A stretch of DNA of 24,000 nucleotides from an uncultured Acidimicrobiales bacterium (GTDB lineage: Bacteria > Actinomycetota > Acidimicrobiia > Acidimicrobiales > Ilumatobacteraceae). The position numbers were made by a program, and so were the translations under genes. The notes beneath the pieces are model-generated. The model was given only the letters and a program-made list of their open reading frames with translations. It made no database searches and was not told the DNA's origin. Positions 8,354 to 17,214 of the stretch are shown piece by piece. The stretch is from NCBI GenBank assembly GCA_963769115.1, contig CAVYKN010000016.1, forward strand, positions 57,740 through 81,739, in the 5' to 3' direction. Position 1 is the stretch's first letter. Each line of letters opens with the position of its first letter.

Positions 8354-9183
8354 GTGAGCAGTGCACCGGCAGGCTGGTACGTGGATCCGACGAACCCGAC
8401 GCAGTACCGCTACTGGACCGGCCAGGCGTGGTCGAGCGCTGTGTCCCCGGCCTCCGCCGTCGCCGTAGCCCCGGGGGGATCGCCGGTAACCCACGCGACC
8501 GCGCCGCCCCCGCCACCCCCTTACCCCGACCAGCGCGACGGGTTCCTGCGGCTCGACGGCCTGACGACGGCACTGACCACGCTGTTCATCGCCGTCGCCG
8601 TCGTCGCTGCCTCGTCGATCGGTGCTCTGGCCAACCAGCGCCGCGTCATCGACCGGATCAGGGCCGGACAGGGACGTGCGCCTGAGCGAGGCCGATGACG
8701 CCGACACGCTGGTCGGCGCCGTGCTCCTCATCGAGGTGCTCATCGGCGTCGCAATCTTCGTGTTGATCATCGTCTGGCTATGGCGGGCCTACGGCAACAT
8801 CGTCGCCCTCGGCGCAGAGCCGACGCGCTGACGGCCGTGGCTTCACGATCGGCGCCTGGTTCGATCCCGATTGCGGCCTGGTTCATCCCGAAGCAGCTCA
8901 TCAACGACACGTGGCGGGCCGCCGCCCCGAGGCCCCTGGCAACCCGCGCTGGACGAACTTGCCGATCCCTAAGGTGTGCACCGCGCGTGGCTGCTGTACC
9001 TGGCCGCCATGCTCATGTTCCCACAGGCCTTCAGCGGTCCCGACGCCGACATCGACGATGTGTCGCGAGCCATCGACGTCGGCATCGTCGACGCTGTCCT
9101 CGTCGTGGCCGCGTCCATCTGCGGCGCTCTCACGTTCCGCCGCACTTCGGCTCGCCAGCACGCAGCCGTGGCACGCCGCCTGA
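8354..9183 (+). pseudogene. DUF2510 + DUF4328 domain membrane protein; about six frame breaks
   Basis: GAGGAGGG at 8342-8349 precedes GTG 8354. GWYVDPTNPTQYRYWTGQAWS is the DUF2510 motif. The DUF4328-like body must be followed across frames: 2 to 3 at about 8670; 3 to 1 at 8829 (an extra T creates a TGA); 1 to 2 at 8863 (an extra G inside AWFIP); 2 to 1 at about 8928; 1 to 3 at about 8973. A final shift is needed to reach TGA 9181-9183. Recognisable strings: VLLIEVLIGVAIFVLIIVWLWRAYGNIVALGAEPTR, GFTIGAWF, IPIAAWFIPKQLINDTWRAA, HRAWLLYLAAMLMF. Confidence 0.6.
8854..8890 (+). repeat. near-perfect direct repeat GCCTGGTTC(G)ATCCCG ... GCCTGGTTCATCCCG (21-nt period) inside the DUF4328 gene
   Basis: Read directly: copy 1 is at 8854-8869 and carries one extra G at 8863; copy 2 is at 8876-8890. 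Without the extra G both copies encode AWFIP, giving GAWFIPIAAWFIPK. Confidence 0.6.
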
Positions 9184-9231
9184 AGGGCGCCACCTCGAGC
9201 CTCACCGGCACCGGCGCTACTGTCGAGCAAG

Positions 9232-10377
9232 ATGGCCAGAACGATGGAGGCCGAGATCATCGGGCTGGAGGTGGGCCGCGATCAGGTCCTGGTCAATGGC
9301 TGGACGGTCGCCGCTCCACGTTCCACCACCTCTGGCTCCGCGACAACTGCCTCTGCCCGTCCTGCCGGCACCCGTCCGTGCCCGAGCGCCTGGTGGACAC
9401 CACGTCCATCCCCGACGACATCGCACCGGCGGACGTCGAGCTCGCCCCCGCCGACGAGCTGGTGATCACGTGGGCCGGGGAGGACCACCGCTCGACGTTC
9501 CCGCTGAGCTGGCTGGCCCGCCACTCGTACGACGACGGGCCCCGGCCCCCCACCGGCGAGCGTCGCGTGCTGTGGACCGAAGGCCCGCCCGGACCCCGTT
9601 CCCGAGGTGGCCTACGACGACGTGATGAGCAGCGACGACGGGCTGCGCCGGTGGCTCGTCCAGCTCCAGCGCCACGGCGTCAGCTTCATCCGGGACGCGC
9701 CGACGGTTCCGGGAACAGCACCGCGCATCGCCGAACGGGTGGCGTTCCTGCGCAACAGCAACTTCGGGCTGCTGTGGGACGTCGTCTCGAAGCCCGACCC
9801 CGACAGCCTGGCCTACACCGCGCACGCGCTCGCCCCGCACGTGGACCTCGTGAGCCGGGAGATGCTCCCGGGCGTCCAGCTCCTCCACTGCCTGGTGTTC
9901 GAGGCCACCGGTGGCGACAGCCTGCTCGTCGACGGCTTCGCCTGCGCGGCCGAGCTGGCAGCCACCGATCCGGACGCCTACGAGCTGCTGACCACTACGC
10001 CGCTGCCCTTCCGGTACCGGGACGGCGCCGGCACCGACGTCTCGACCCGCGTGCCGATGATCCACCTGGACCACGACGGCAACTTCCACGAGGTGCGCTA
10101 CAGCAACGCCCTCCTGGCCCCGCTCGACGTCCCGGCCGACCAGATGCTGGAGACCTACCGCGCCGTGCGCACCTTCGCCCGGCTGTTGCGATCGGGACGA
10201 TTCGAGCTGCGGTTGCGACTGCAACCAGGCGACGTCATGTGCTTCGACAACTACCGGGTGCTGCACGGCCGGTCGGAGTTCGACCCCAACAGCGGCCATC
10301 GCCACCTCCAGGGGTGCTACCTCGACCGCGACGACGTGCTCAGCCGCCTGCGGGTGCTGGAGGCCACCGCCGACTGA
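9232..10377 (+). pseudogene. gamma-butyrobetaine/trimethyllysine hydroxylase-like Fe(II)/2-oxoglutarate dioxygenase (DUF971 N-domain + TauD/TfdA domain); internal ~295-nt segment out of frame
   Basis: Frame 1 from ATG 9232 (or 9244) reads MEAEIIGLEVGRDQVLVN. Frame 3 from about 9297 reads LDGRRSTFHHLWLRDNCLCPSCRHP...ITWAGEDHRSTFPLSWL (DUF971-like). Frame 1 resumes from about 9591 (PVPEVAYDDVMSS...; ORF 9607..10377). That part carries the HxD in LAPHVDL and the distal His in NYRVLHGRSEF. Stop TGA 10375-10377. Confidence 0.75.
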
Positions 10378-10418
10378 GCGCCGCGCCGTCCGGGCCCCTG
10401 TGGGAGCCGCGCAGTACC

Positions 10419-11208
10419 GTGCCCGCCGTGCCGGACCGCCCCGATCTCCTCGCGGTGGCGGAGGCGGCCGCCCGGGCCGGCGGCGCCATCCTCCGGGAAG
10501 GGCAGGGGCGCCCCAAGGAGGTCGTCGCCAAGGGCCGCTCGGAGATCACGACGTGGGCCGACGCGGCCGCGCAGGCCGCCATCGTCGACGTCATCGCCGG
10601 CGCCTTCCCGGAGCACCGGATCGAAGGTGAGGAAGGGGCCGTCGGGGACCCAGCCGCCGACGTGACCTGGATCGTGGACCCGCTCGACGGGACGTCGAAC
10701 TACGCCCACGGCATCCCGTTCTTCTGCGTGTCGGTCGCGGTGCGGCGGACCGGCGGACCACTGCTGGCGGGCGTGGTCTACGACCCGCTGCGCGACGAGT
10801 GCTTCGCCGCGGAGCGCGGGCCGACCGACGGCGATGACGGTGTCGACCACCGGTGAGCTCGCCCGTGCCGTCGTCGCCACGGGGATCCAGAACGACGACC
10901 CAGAGGCGATCGCCGCCTTCGGCCGCCGGGTGGTCGCGCTGTACGGCGCCTGCCGCGGCGTCCGGGTGCTGGGGTCACCCGCCCTCGCCATGGCGTACAT
11001 CGCCTGCGGGCGGCTGGACGGCATGGCGCAGCGCGACGCCCTGTGGGCCTGGGACGTCGCCGCCGGCATCGTGCTGGTCGAAGCAGCCGGTGGCCGGGTC
11101 ACCGGCTTCGACGGCGGGCCGCCACCGCTGGAGGGCCGCGCCGACATCGTGGTCAGCAACGGCCTCCTCCACGACGCCCTGCTGGCAGCGGCCCAGGACA
11201 CCGGCTGA
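10419..11208 (+). pseudogene. inositol monophosphatase family protein (SuhB/ImpA-like); one frame break
   Basis: GTG 10419 (GGGAG 12 nt upstream; GTG 10428 is an alternative) opens frame 3: PDRPDLLAVAEAAARAGG...WIVDPLDGTSNYAHG...VVYDPLRDECFAAERG. The frame changes near 10813-10830 to frame 1 (ORF 10834..11208: VSTTGELARAVVATG...WDVAAGIVLVEAAGG). Confidence 0.8.
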
Positions 11209-11224
11209 CCGCGCGTCGCCTGCG

Positions 11225-11535
11225 TCAGGGCGATGATGAGGTCTGGTTCTCGTTGTCGACCACCAACAGGGCCTCGACGTACTCGATCTCCGGCGGGGCG
11301 CCGAAGCGCTGGGTGACCCGGGCCCGCCAGGCCTCGTCGTAGAAGTGCTCGGCGGCCTGGCGCGACGACCACTGGTACACGCCGCCGAGCACCGTCCCGT
11401 CCGCGTGCGGGTGTACACCTTGCGGTGGAGCTCGGGAACGTCCCGGTACGCCGGTGCGGATGCCTCGGCGCCGGCCACCGCGGCGTCGTGGTCGACGGGG
11501 CTGGGCACGTTGAAGCGGACGATGGCCAGGATCAT
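11225..11535 (-). pseudogene. YdhR-like small dimeric alpha/beta-barrel protein (putative monooxygenase); one frame break
   Basis: ATG 11535 shares one base with the ACAD stop (TGATG). The reading is MILAIVRFNVPSPVDHDAAVAGAEASAPAYRDVPELHRKVYT, then a break at GGG 11409-11411, then ADGTVLGGVYQWSSRQAAEHFYDEAWRARVTQRFGAPPEIEYVEALLVVDNE. Adding one base to the run joins the two halves. Confidence 0.6.
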
Positions 11536-12806
11536 CAGCGGTCTCCGATCGTTCGGGCGGCGGCGACGGCACGGAACGGGAGCTCACGGTCCGTCTGCGG
11601 CTCGCGGGGCAGGCCGAGCACGCGGTCGGCCAGGATGGTCTTCTGGATCTCGTCGGTCCCTCCGGCGATCGACTGGGCCGGCACCGACACCAGGACCTCG
11701 GCGGCGACGGCGCCCGACGCGCTGGCCCGCGCAGCGTCCGCTCCGGTGAGGAGACCGGCCGCGCCGCCGATGGCGCTGTGGGCCCGCGCCGCCGCCCGGG
11801 CCACGACGCTCGTCCCCAGCTTGCCGAGCGATCCCTCGGGACCCGGAGCACGATCGAGGGCCCGGGCGGCGCGAGCCCGCTCCGCCGTCCAGCGGTTGGC
11901 GCGCGCCAGCGCCTCGACCGTCGCCACCTGCTGGCGCACGACGGGATCGGCGGCCACACCGCCCGCGAGCGCCCGCTCCACCAGCAGGTCCGGTCTCCCG
12001 GCCCGCTGGGGATACCACGCGTACGTCCGACGATGCTCGGCCGGCTTCGACCTCGGCCTCCGATGCCGCTCGACCCATACCGGCCGAGGTGCCCCGCCCG
12101 GTCATCGCCACGCCGTAGCGGCGCTCGAAGGCGAGCGTCGTCAGCGCCACGGACCAACCCCCACCGACCTCGCCGATGACGTGGCCGGCCGGGATCCGGG
12201 CCTCCGTCATGAACACCTCGTTGAACGACGAGTGGTCGTTCATCTGGCGCAGCGGCCGCACCTCGACACCGACCTGAGCGCATCGGGAGGACGAAGTACG
12301 TGAGGCCGCGATGCTTCGGCACGTCCCAGTCGGTGCGGGCCAGCAGCAGACCGAAGTCGGCGTGGTGCGCGCTCGTGGACCACACCTTCTGTCCGGTGAC
12401 CATCCACTCGTCACCGTCGCGCTCGGCCCGGGTGGTGAGCCCGGCGAGATCGGAGCCCGCGCCGGGCTCGCTGAACAGCTGGCACCAGTGGTGCTCGCCG
12501 GTCAGGATCGGGCCCAGCAGCAGCTGCTTCAGGTCGTCCGAGCCATGGGTGAGCAGCGTCGGCGCGGCCAAGCCGGTGCCGACCCCCGGCGGCGGACCGG
12601 GCGCGCCGACCGCCGCCAGCTCGCCGGCCACCAGGCCGTCGGACCACTCCGGCAGCCCACGGCCGTGCCAGTCGACCGGCCAGGAGGGCGCCGCCCAGCC
12701 GCCCTCGAGGAGACGCCGGCGCCACGACGACGAGGGCCAGCTCGGGATCCCAGTGGCGCTCGAGCCAGGACCGGACGCCGGCCTGCACCGTCGGCCGCGC
12801 CGTCAC
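11535..12806 (-). pseudogene. acyl-CoA dehydrogenase (FadE-like); three frame breaks
   Basis: GTG 12806 opens MTARPTVQAGVRSWLERHWDPELAL. After a break at about 12730 it reads WRRRLLEGGWAAPSWPVDWHGRGL...[38 protein letters not shown]-type core. After about 12280 it reads VGVEVRPLRQMNDHSSFNEVF...GGGWSVALTTLAFERR. After about 12050 it reads ...DPVVRQQVA...SIAGGTDEIQKTILADRVLGLPREP. All three shifts go the same way, so the two ends share a frame. Confidence 0.8.
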
Positions 12807-12821
12807 CGCCCGCGGCAGCCG

Positions 12822-13664
12822 TCACCGAACGGGCGGGCCGAGCACGAAGGAGTCCATCGACAGCGAACCGAACGCGTACCCCTCGACCATCGGCTCGCAG
12901 TGCTGGCCGGCGGCCGCGGCCAGGCCGGCGAGGTAGAGGACCGGCAGGAAGTGGTCCGGCGTCGGCACGGCGTTCGGGAAGTCCGGATCCTCCTCCAGGT
13001 CGACGATCGATGCGGGGTCGCCGGCGGTCAGGCGCTCGGACACGGCCGACCCGAAGCGCACCGCCCAGTCGTAGCCGGCGTCAGGACTGCTCCAGTCGAG
13101 CCGGCCCAGGTGGTGGACGGTGTTGCCGCTGCCCATGATCAGCACGCCCTCCTCGCGCAGCGGCGCCAGCCGGGCGCCGAGCTCGAGGTGGTAGGCCAGC
13201 GGCTTGCTGGCGTCCAACGCGAGCTGCACGACCGGGATGTCGGCATCCGGGAAGGCATGGGCCAGGACGGACCAGGTGCCGTGGTCGATGCCCCAGCTGT
13301 CCTCGTCGGCGCCGATCCACACCGGGTCCGCCACCTTCCGCACGTCGGCCGCCAGCTCGGGCGATCCCGGAGCCGGGTACTGGTAGGCGAACAGCTCGGG
13401 TGGGAACCCGAAGAAGTCGTGGATGGTGCGCGGTGCCGCCATCGCCGTCACCGCGGTGGCGTTGATGAACCAGTGGGCCGAGACCGAGAGGATGGCCCGC
13501 GGGCGCCGGATAGCGGCGCCGAACGCTCGCCAGGCCTCCGTGTAGCGGTTGGTGTCCAGCGCGTTCGTCGGCGTGCCGTGCCCGAAGAAGGCGGCCGGCA
13601 TCAGGTCGTCGTCCACGACATCCTCCTCACACAGTCCTTCTCTGGCGCCCACGTCAGCGGTCAT
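12822..13664 (-). CDS. 4,5-DOPA dioxygenase extradiol-like (LigB/YgiD class III extradiol dioxygenase)
   Basis: Intact ORF. Motifs: MPAAFFGHGTPTNAL, SVSAHW, IMGSGNTVHHL. ATG 13664 overlaps the upstream TGA (ATGA). The internal ATG 13601 (MPAAFFGHG) is an alternative start. Confidence 0.85.
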   Translation of the reverse strand: MTADVGAREGLCEEDVVDDDLMPAAFFGHGTPTNALDTNRYTEAWRAFGAAIRRPRAILSVSAHWFINATAVTAMAAPRTIHDFFGFPPELFAYQYPAPGSPELAADVRKVADPVWIGADEDSWGIDHGTWSVLAHAFPDADIPVVQLALDASKPLAYHLELGARLAPLREEGVLIMGSGNTVHHLGRLDWSSPDAGYDWAVRFGSAVSERLTAGDPASIVDLEEDPDFPNAVPTPDHFLPVLYLAGLAAAAGQHCEPMVEGYAFGSLSMDSFVLGPPVR

Positions 13665-14559
13665 GCTCCGACCAGCCGGTCGAGCGTCGCCTTCGCCTCG
13701 ACGATCCGGTCGAGGTGTTCGGCGTGCGGCCGACCCGGCTCGCGCAGCCGGTTGAACCCCATGGACAGGTCCGAGAAGCCCAGCGAGAGCGCCTGCTCGA
13801 CCTCGCGCTCCCAGCCGTCACCGAGGTAGACGCGCCCGTGGATCGGCAGGCTGGCGGGATCGCGACCTTCCTCCTCCGCGAGCTGACGAAGGCGGGCGAC
13901 GGCGTCGGGGAGCGGGACGGGGTCGAGCCCGGGGATGAGGAGCGGCATCCAGCCGTCGGCACAGCGCACCACCCTGCGCAGCACGCGCGGCGAGGCCCCG
14001 CTCCCGATCCAGATCGGCAGCGGCCGGGTCGGTCGCGGGTTCAAGCCGACGCGGTCCAGATGGTGGAAGCGACCCTCGAAGGTCACCAGCGGCTCCGTCC
14101 AGAGGCGGCGCATGACGGTGAGCTGCTCCTCCAGCCGATCCTCCCTGGTGGCGAAGTCGGCCCCGAGCCCCTGGTACTCGGCCCAGTTCCAGCCCGACGC
14201 CGACCGCCAGGCGCAATCGCCCTGCCGCTCAGCAGGTCGAGCGTGGCGGCCTGCTTGGCCACGAGCGCCGTCTGGCGTTGCGGCAGGACGAGCACGCTCG
14301 TGACCAGCTCCAGCGAGGTCGTGACCGCAGCGAGGTGACTGAACAGCACGAAGATCTCGTGGAAGACGTGCTCGTGCGTGTACGGGGGCGCGGGGAAGTT
14401 GCCCACCCCGTCGGGGTACAGCGCGGGGTCAGAACCCAGCACGTGGTCGTAGGCCATCAGGTGCGAGAAACCCGCCCCCTCGGCCACCATGGCCCAGGTC
14501 CGGATGGCGTCCGGGTCGGTCCCGCTGTCGGCCTGCGAGAAGACCACACCGATGCGCAT
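13661..14559 (-). pseudogene. LLM-class (luciferase-like) F420-dependent oxidoreductase; two frame breaks within ~30 nt
   Basis: GAGGT sits 4 nt before ATG 14559. The N-terminal half is in ORF 14083..14559 (MRIGVVFSQAD...LVLPQRQTALVAKQAATLDLLSG). A short middle piece reads RLRLAVGVG or AIALAVGVG. The rest, WNWAEYQGLGADFATREDRLEEQLTVMRRLWTEPLVTFEG..., is in ORF 13661..14113. Candidate extra bases lie at 14210-14211 and in the CCC run 14193-14195. Confidence 0.75.
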
Positions 14560-14624
14560 CGAACCTCAGACGCTCGCGATGGACAGGCCCGTGGGCACCT
14601 CGTCGGCCATGGCCCGACAGTAGA

Positions 14625-16424
14625 TCAAGGGTTGTCGTCGGCGGTCGGGACGTCGGCCGCCGCGGTGGCCCGGCTGTCGGACTGGTCGGGCGGGAGAGCG
14701 ACGACGAGCTGGGCGCCCAGGGAGGGCGAGCCGCGGGGGTTCGTCGTCCAACCGCCATCGGGATCCAGGACGGCCAGCACCAGCGCGGAAGCCGGCACGG
14801 CGACCGCCTCCACCGTCCGCACCCCCGCGTCCTCGTCCGTGATCCGTTCGAGGTCCTCCAAACTGACACCGGACGAGAACGGCCGCTGCGTCCAGGCCTC
14901 CACGTCGTGCTCCCGCCGGTCGTGACGCACGGCCGCCGCGCTCGACAGAAGGGACACGTGCTCGACGCCGAGCTCATCCTCCAGCACCTGGATGGCGATG
15001 AGATTGAGCTCGTCGTCCGTCGACGCGACGACCGCGCGATGGACGTCCTCGAGCAGGCCCGAGTCCGGCAGGTCCCTCACCAGCCCGGCGAAGACCGTGA
15101 AGTCCAGGTCGGTGCGGGCCGCCAGGTTCTCGCTCCCCCGGGCGACGAGCACCGTGGGCACACCGGCCCGTTGCATCTCGCGAGCCAGCCCGACGGCCCA
15201 CGCGCTGGAGCTCACCAGCAGCAGTCCGCTCGCCTGCGGCCGTTCTAGACGCAACAACCGGGTCGCCGGGCGCGCGCCCAACCCGTAGAGGAGCGCGAGC
15301 AGGATGATGATCGCGAACGTGACCGGCACGAGCATCTCGCTCGGCTGGTGGAGCTGTTCCAGGCGCAGCGAGAAGAACGAGGCCGTGGCGGCGGCAACGA
15401 TCCCGCGGGGCGCCATGCAGGCGAGGAAGGCGCGCTCCCGGGGTTTCATCGATGCCGCCCCGATCGTGCAGGTGGCGGCGACGAGGGGCCGCACGATCAG
15501 GACCAGAACGAGCGCCAGGCCGAGGATCCCCGGCAGGTGGTCGACGATCGCCCCCGGCTCGACCCGCGACGCCAGGACGATGAAGAGCGACCCGATGAGC
15601 AACGTGAGGATCGGGTCGCCGAAGATCCGCAACGACCGCAGGGCGACGAAGTGCTGGTTGGCCAGGACGACGCCCATCGCCGTCGTGGCGAACAGTCCGG
15701 CCTCGGGACGCACCTGCTCGGCGGCCACGTAGGCAGCGACCACGAACATCACCGTCACGGCGACCTCGAGGTCGGCAGGGACGAGGAGGCGGCGTAGCGC
15801 GGCGACCAGCAGCACGGCCGCCACCAGACCGGCGGCGATGCCGGCCAGCGCGACGACGATGAACTCGCTCCAGATCTCGCCGAGCGTGAAGTGCTGCACG
15901 AAGACGGCGTTGAAGCAGAACACGCTCAACGCCGAGCCGATGGGGTCGACGACGATCCCCTCCCAGGTGAGGATGGTCGCCACCGATCCCCGGGGCCGGG
16001 CCAGCCGGAGCAGGGGGATGACGACCGTCGGTCCCGACACGACGAGGATGGCCCCCAGCACCACCGAGACCCGCATGGGCTCGTCGAAGAACACGGCCCC
16101 CGCCACCGTGGCGAGCACCCACGTGATGAGGACCCCGACCGTCACCAGCCACGTCACGGGGCGGCGGATAGCGGGTCCGAGCTCGCTGAACCGCAGTTCG
16201 AGCCCCCCGAGGAACAGCAGGATGCCCACGCTGAGGGACACCACGGGGAACAGGGCGTCACCGAGGATCTCGTCCGAGTCGACCAGCCCCAGCCACGGAC
16301 CGACCACCAGCCCGCCGGCCAGGAGCAGCACGATCGAGGGGAAGTGGAGCAGGCGGGCCACCCACTGCAGACCGACCCCGAGCACGATGATGAAGCCGAT
16401 CCCGACGAGGATGTCGCTCTCCAT
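14625..16424 (-). CDS. CPA1-family monovalent cation:proton antiporter (Na+/H+ exchanger) with C-terminal RCK/TrkA-like cytoplasmic domain
   Basis: Within ORF 14625..16721. The plausible start is ATG 16424 (MESDILVGIGFIIVLGVGLQW...). The 99 upstream codons overlap the divergent promoter region and are not protein-like. There are about 12 hydrophobic segments, then LLLVSSSAWAVGLAREMQRAGVPTVLVARG (Rossmann-like) and a TrkA-C-like tail. Confidence 0.9.
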   Translation of the reverse strand: MESDILVGIGFIIVLGVGLQWVARLLHFPSIVLLLAGGLVVGPWLGLVDSDEILGDALFPVVSLSVGILLFLGGLELRFSELGPAIRRPVTWLVTVGVLITWVLATVAGAVFFDEPMRVSVVLGAILVVSGPTVVIPLLRLARPRGSVATILTWEGIVVDPIGSALSVFCFNAVFVQHFTLGEIWSEFIVVALAGIAAGLVAAVLLVAALRRLLVPADLEVAVTVMFVVAAYVAAEQVRPEAGLFATTAMGVVLANQHFVALRSLRIFGDPILTLLIGSLFIVLASRVEPGAIVDHLPGILGLALVLVLIVRPLVAATCTIGAASMKPRERAFLACMAPRGIVAAATASFFSLRLEQLHQPSEMLVPVTFAIIILLALLYGLGARPATRLLRLERPQASGLLLVSSSAWAVGLAREMQRAGVPTVLVARGSENLAARTDLDFTVFAGLVRDLPDSGLLEDVHRAVVASTDDELNLIAIQVLEDELGVEHVSLLSSAAAVRHDRREHDVEAWTQRPFSSGVSLEDLERITDEDAGVRTVEAVAVPASALVLAVLDPDGGWTTNPRGSPSLGAQLVVALPPDQSDSRATAAADVPTADDNP

Positions 16425-16527
16425 CGGAGCGCCACCGTATCCCCGCGGCCGTGTGATCGGGCTCGTCGCGACGCGACTACCGTGCCCCGAGGCAGAGACC
16501 CGGAACACGAACAGGAAGGACGTCGGG

Positions 16528-17178
16528 ATGAGGTTGCTCGGACGGCTGACCGTCGCTACTTCGGTGAGCGCGCTGGCGGGGCTCGGTCTGGTGATGTCGG
16601 GCGCGACGGCCGCGCACGCGCAGGCCAACACGTGCACTGGCAACAACGTGATCGAGCAGGCGCCGTACAGCTGCACCGAGACCCGGGTGATCGACGGCAT
16701 CACCTTCACGGTCACCCTCAACGTCGACGCCGCCGGTCAGGCCGTGGTCGACTTCACGATGGATCCGGTGCAGCAGGCCGACGTGCCGATCGCGCTGCAC
16801 AGCTACACCGACATCAGCTCGGACCCCCGGCAGTTCATCAACGGCGTGATCCCGGCCGGCCAGACGACGGCGCAGCTCGTCGTGCCCCGCATCGAGTGCG
16901 GGCAGCTCGACATCAAGGCCGTGTTCACGACGCCGGGCGACTCGGCCGGCAACATCGCCGGCCCCGAGGTGACCTGGGGTGAGGTCTGCCAGGTGCCCAC
17001 CACGACGACGGTCGTGCCCACCACGGCGGCGACGAGCGTCTCCCCGACCTCGGTCAGCCCGACCATCCCGCCGACCGGCCCCAATGGCCTCATCGAGGCG
17101 TGGCGGTGGGCCCTGCCGGTCCTGGGTCTGGCCGCCGTCCTGATCCTGGCCGCCCGCCGGCGTCCGACGACCGGCTGA
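16528..17178 (+). CDS. secreted surface protein with Thr/Pro/Ser-rich stalk and C-terminal sortase-type sorting signal (IPPTG + TM + RRR)
   Basis: AGGAAGGA at 16513-16520 sits 7 nt before ATG 16528. Signal peptide MRLLGRLTVATSVSALAGLGLVMSGATAAHA/QA. The globular part is about 120 aa with 4 Cys. The stalk PTTTTVVPTTAATSVSPTSVSPT follows. IPPTG (17065-17079) is followed by LPVLGLAAVLILAA and then RRRPTTG. Confidence 0.7.
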   Translation: MRLLGRLTVATSVSALAGLGLVMSGATAAHAQANTCTGNNVIEQAPYSCTETRVIDGITFTVTLNVDAAGQAVVDFTMDPVQQADVPIALHSYTDISSDPRQFINGVIPAGQTTAQLVVPRIECGQLDIKAVFTTPGDSAGNIAGPEVTWGEVCQVPTTTTVVPTTAATSVSPTSVSPTIPPTGPNGLIEAWRWALPVLGLAAVLILAARRRPTTG

Positions 17179-17214
17179 GCGTCGCGCAGGCGCCCGACCG
17201 ACGGAGGACGCGGC

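Noticed and set aside
8858-8868. GGTTCGATCCC, which resembles a tRNA T-arm/T-loop
   Set aside because: The flanking sequence does not form a T-stem, acceptor stem or anticodon arm. The string is explained by the codons for W-F-(I)-P inside the DUF4328 gene.
8976-10856. 626-aa ORF spanning three loci
   Set aside because: It is a chimera of in-frame pieces of the DUF4328 tail, the DUF971 segment of the BBOX-like gene and the N-terminal half of the IMPase. These are joined by out-of-frame read-through, so it is not a multidomain protein.
16464-16473. 10-bp palindromes CGTCGCGACG (16464-16473) and GGCCATGGCC (14605-14614) in intergenic spacers as regulator sites
   Set aside because: Short GC-only palindromes are expected by chance in this composition. 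There is no second copy and no partner regulator gene in the window. I noted them but cannot support them as features.
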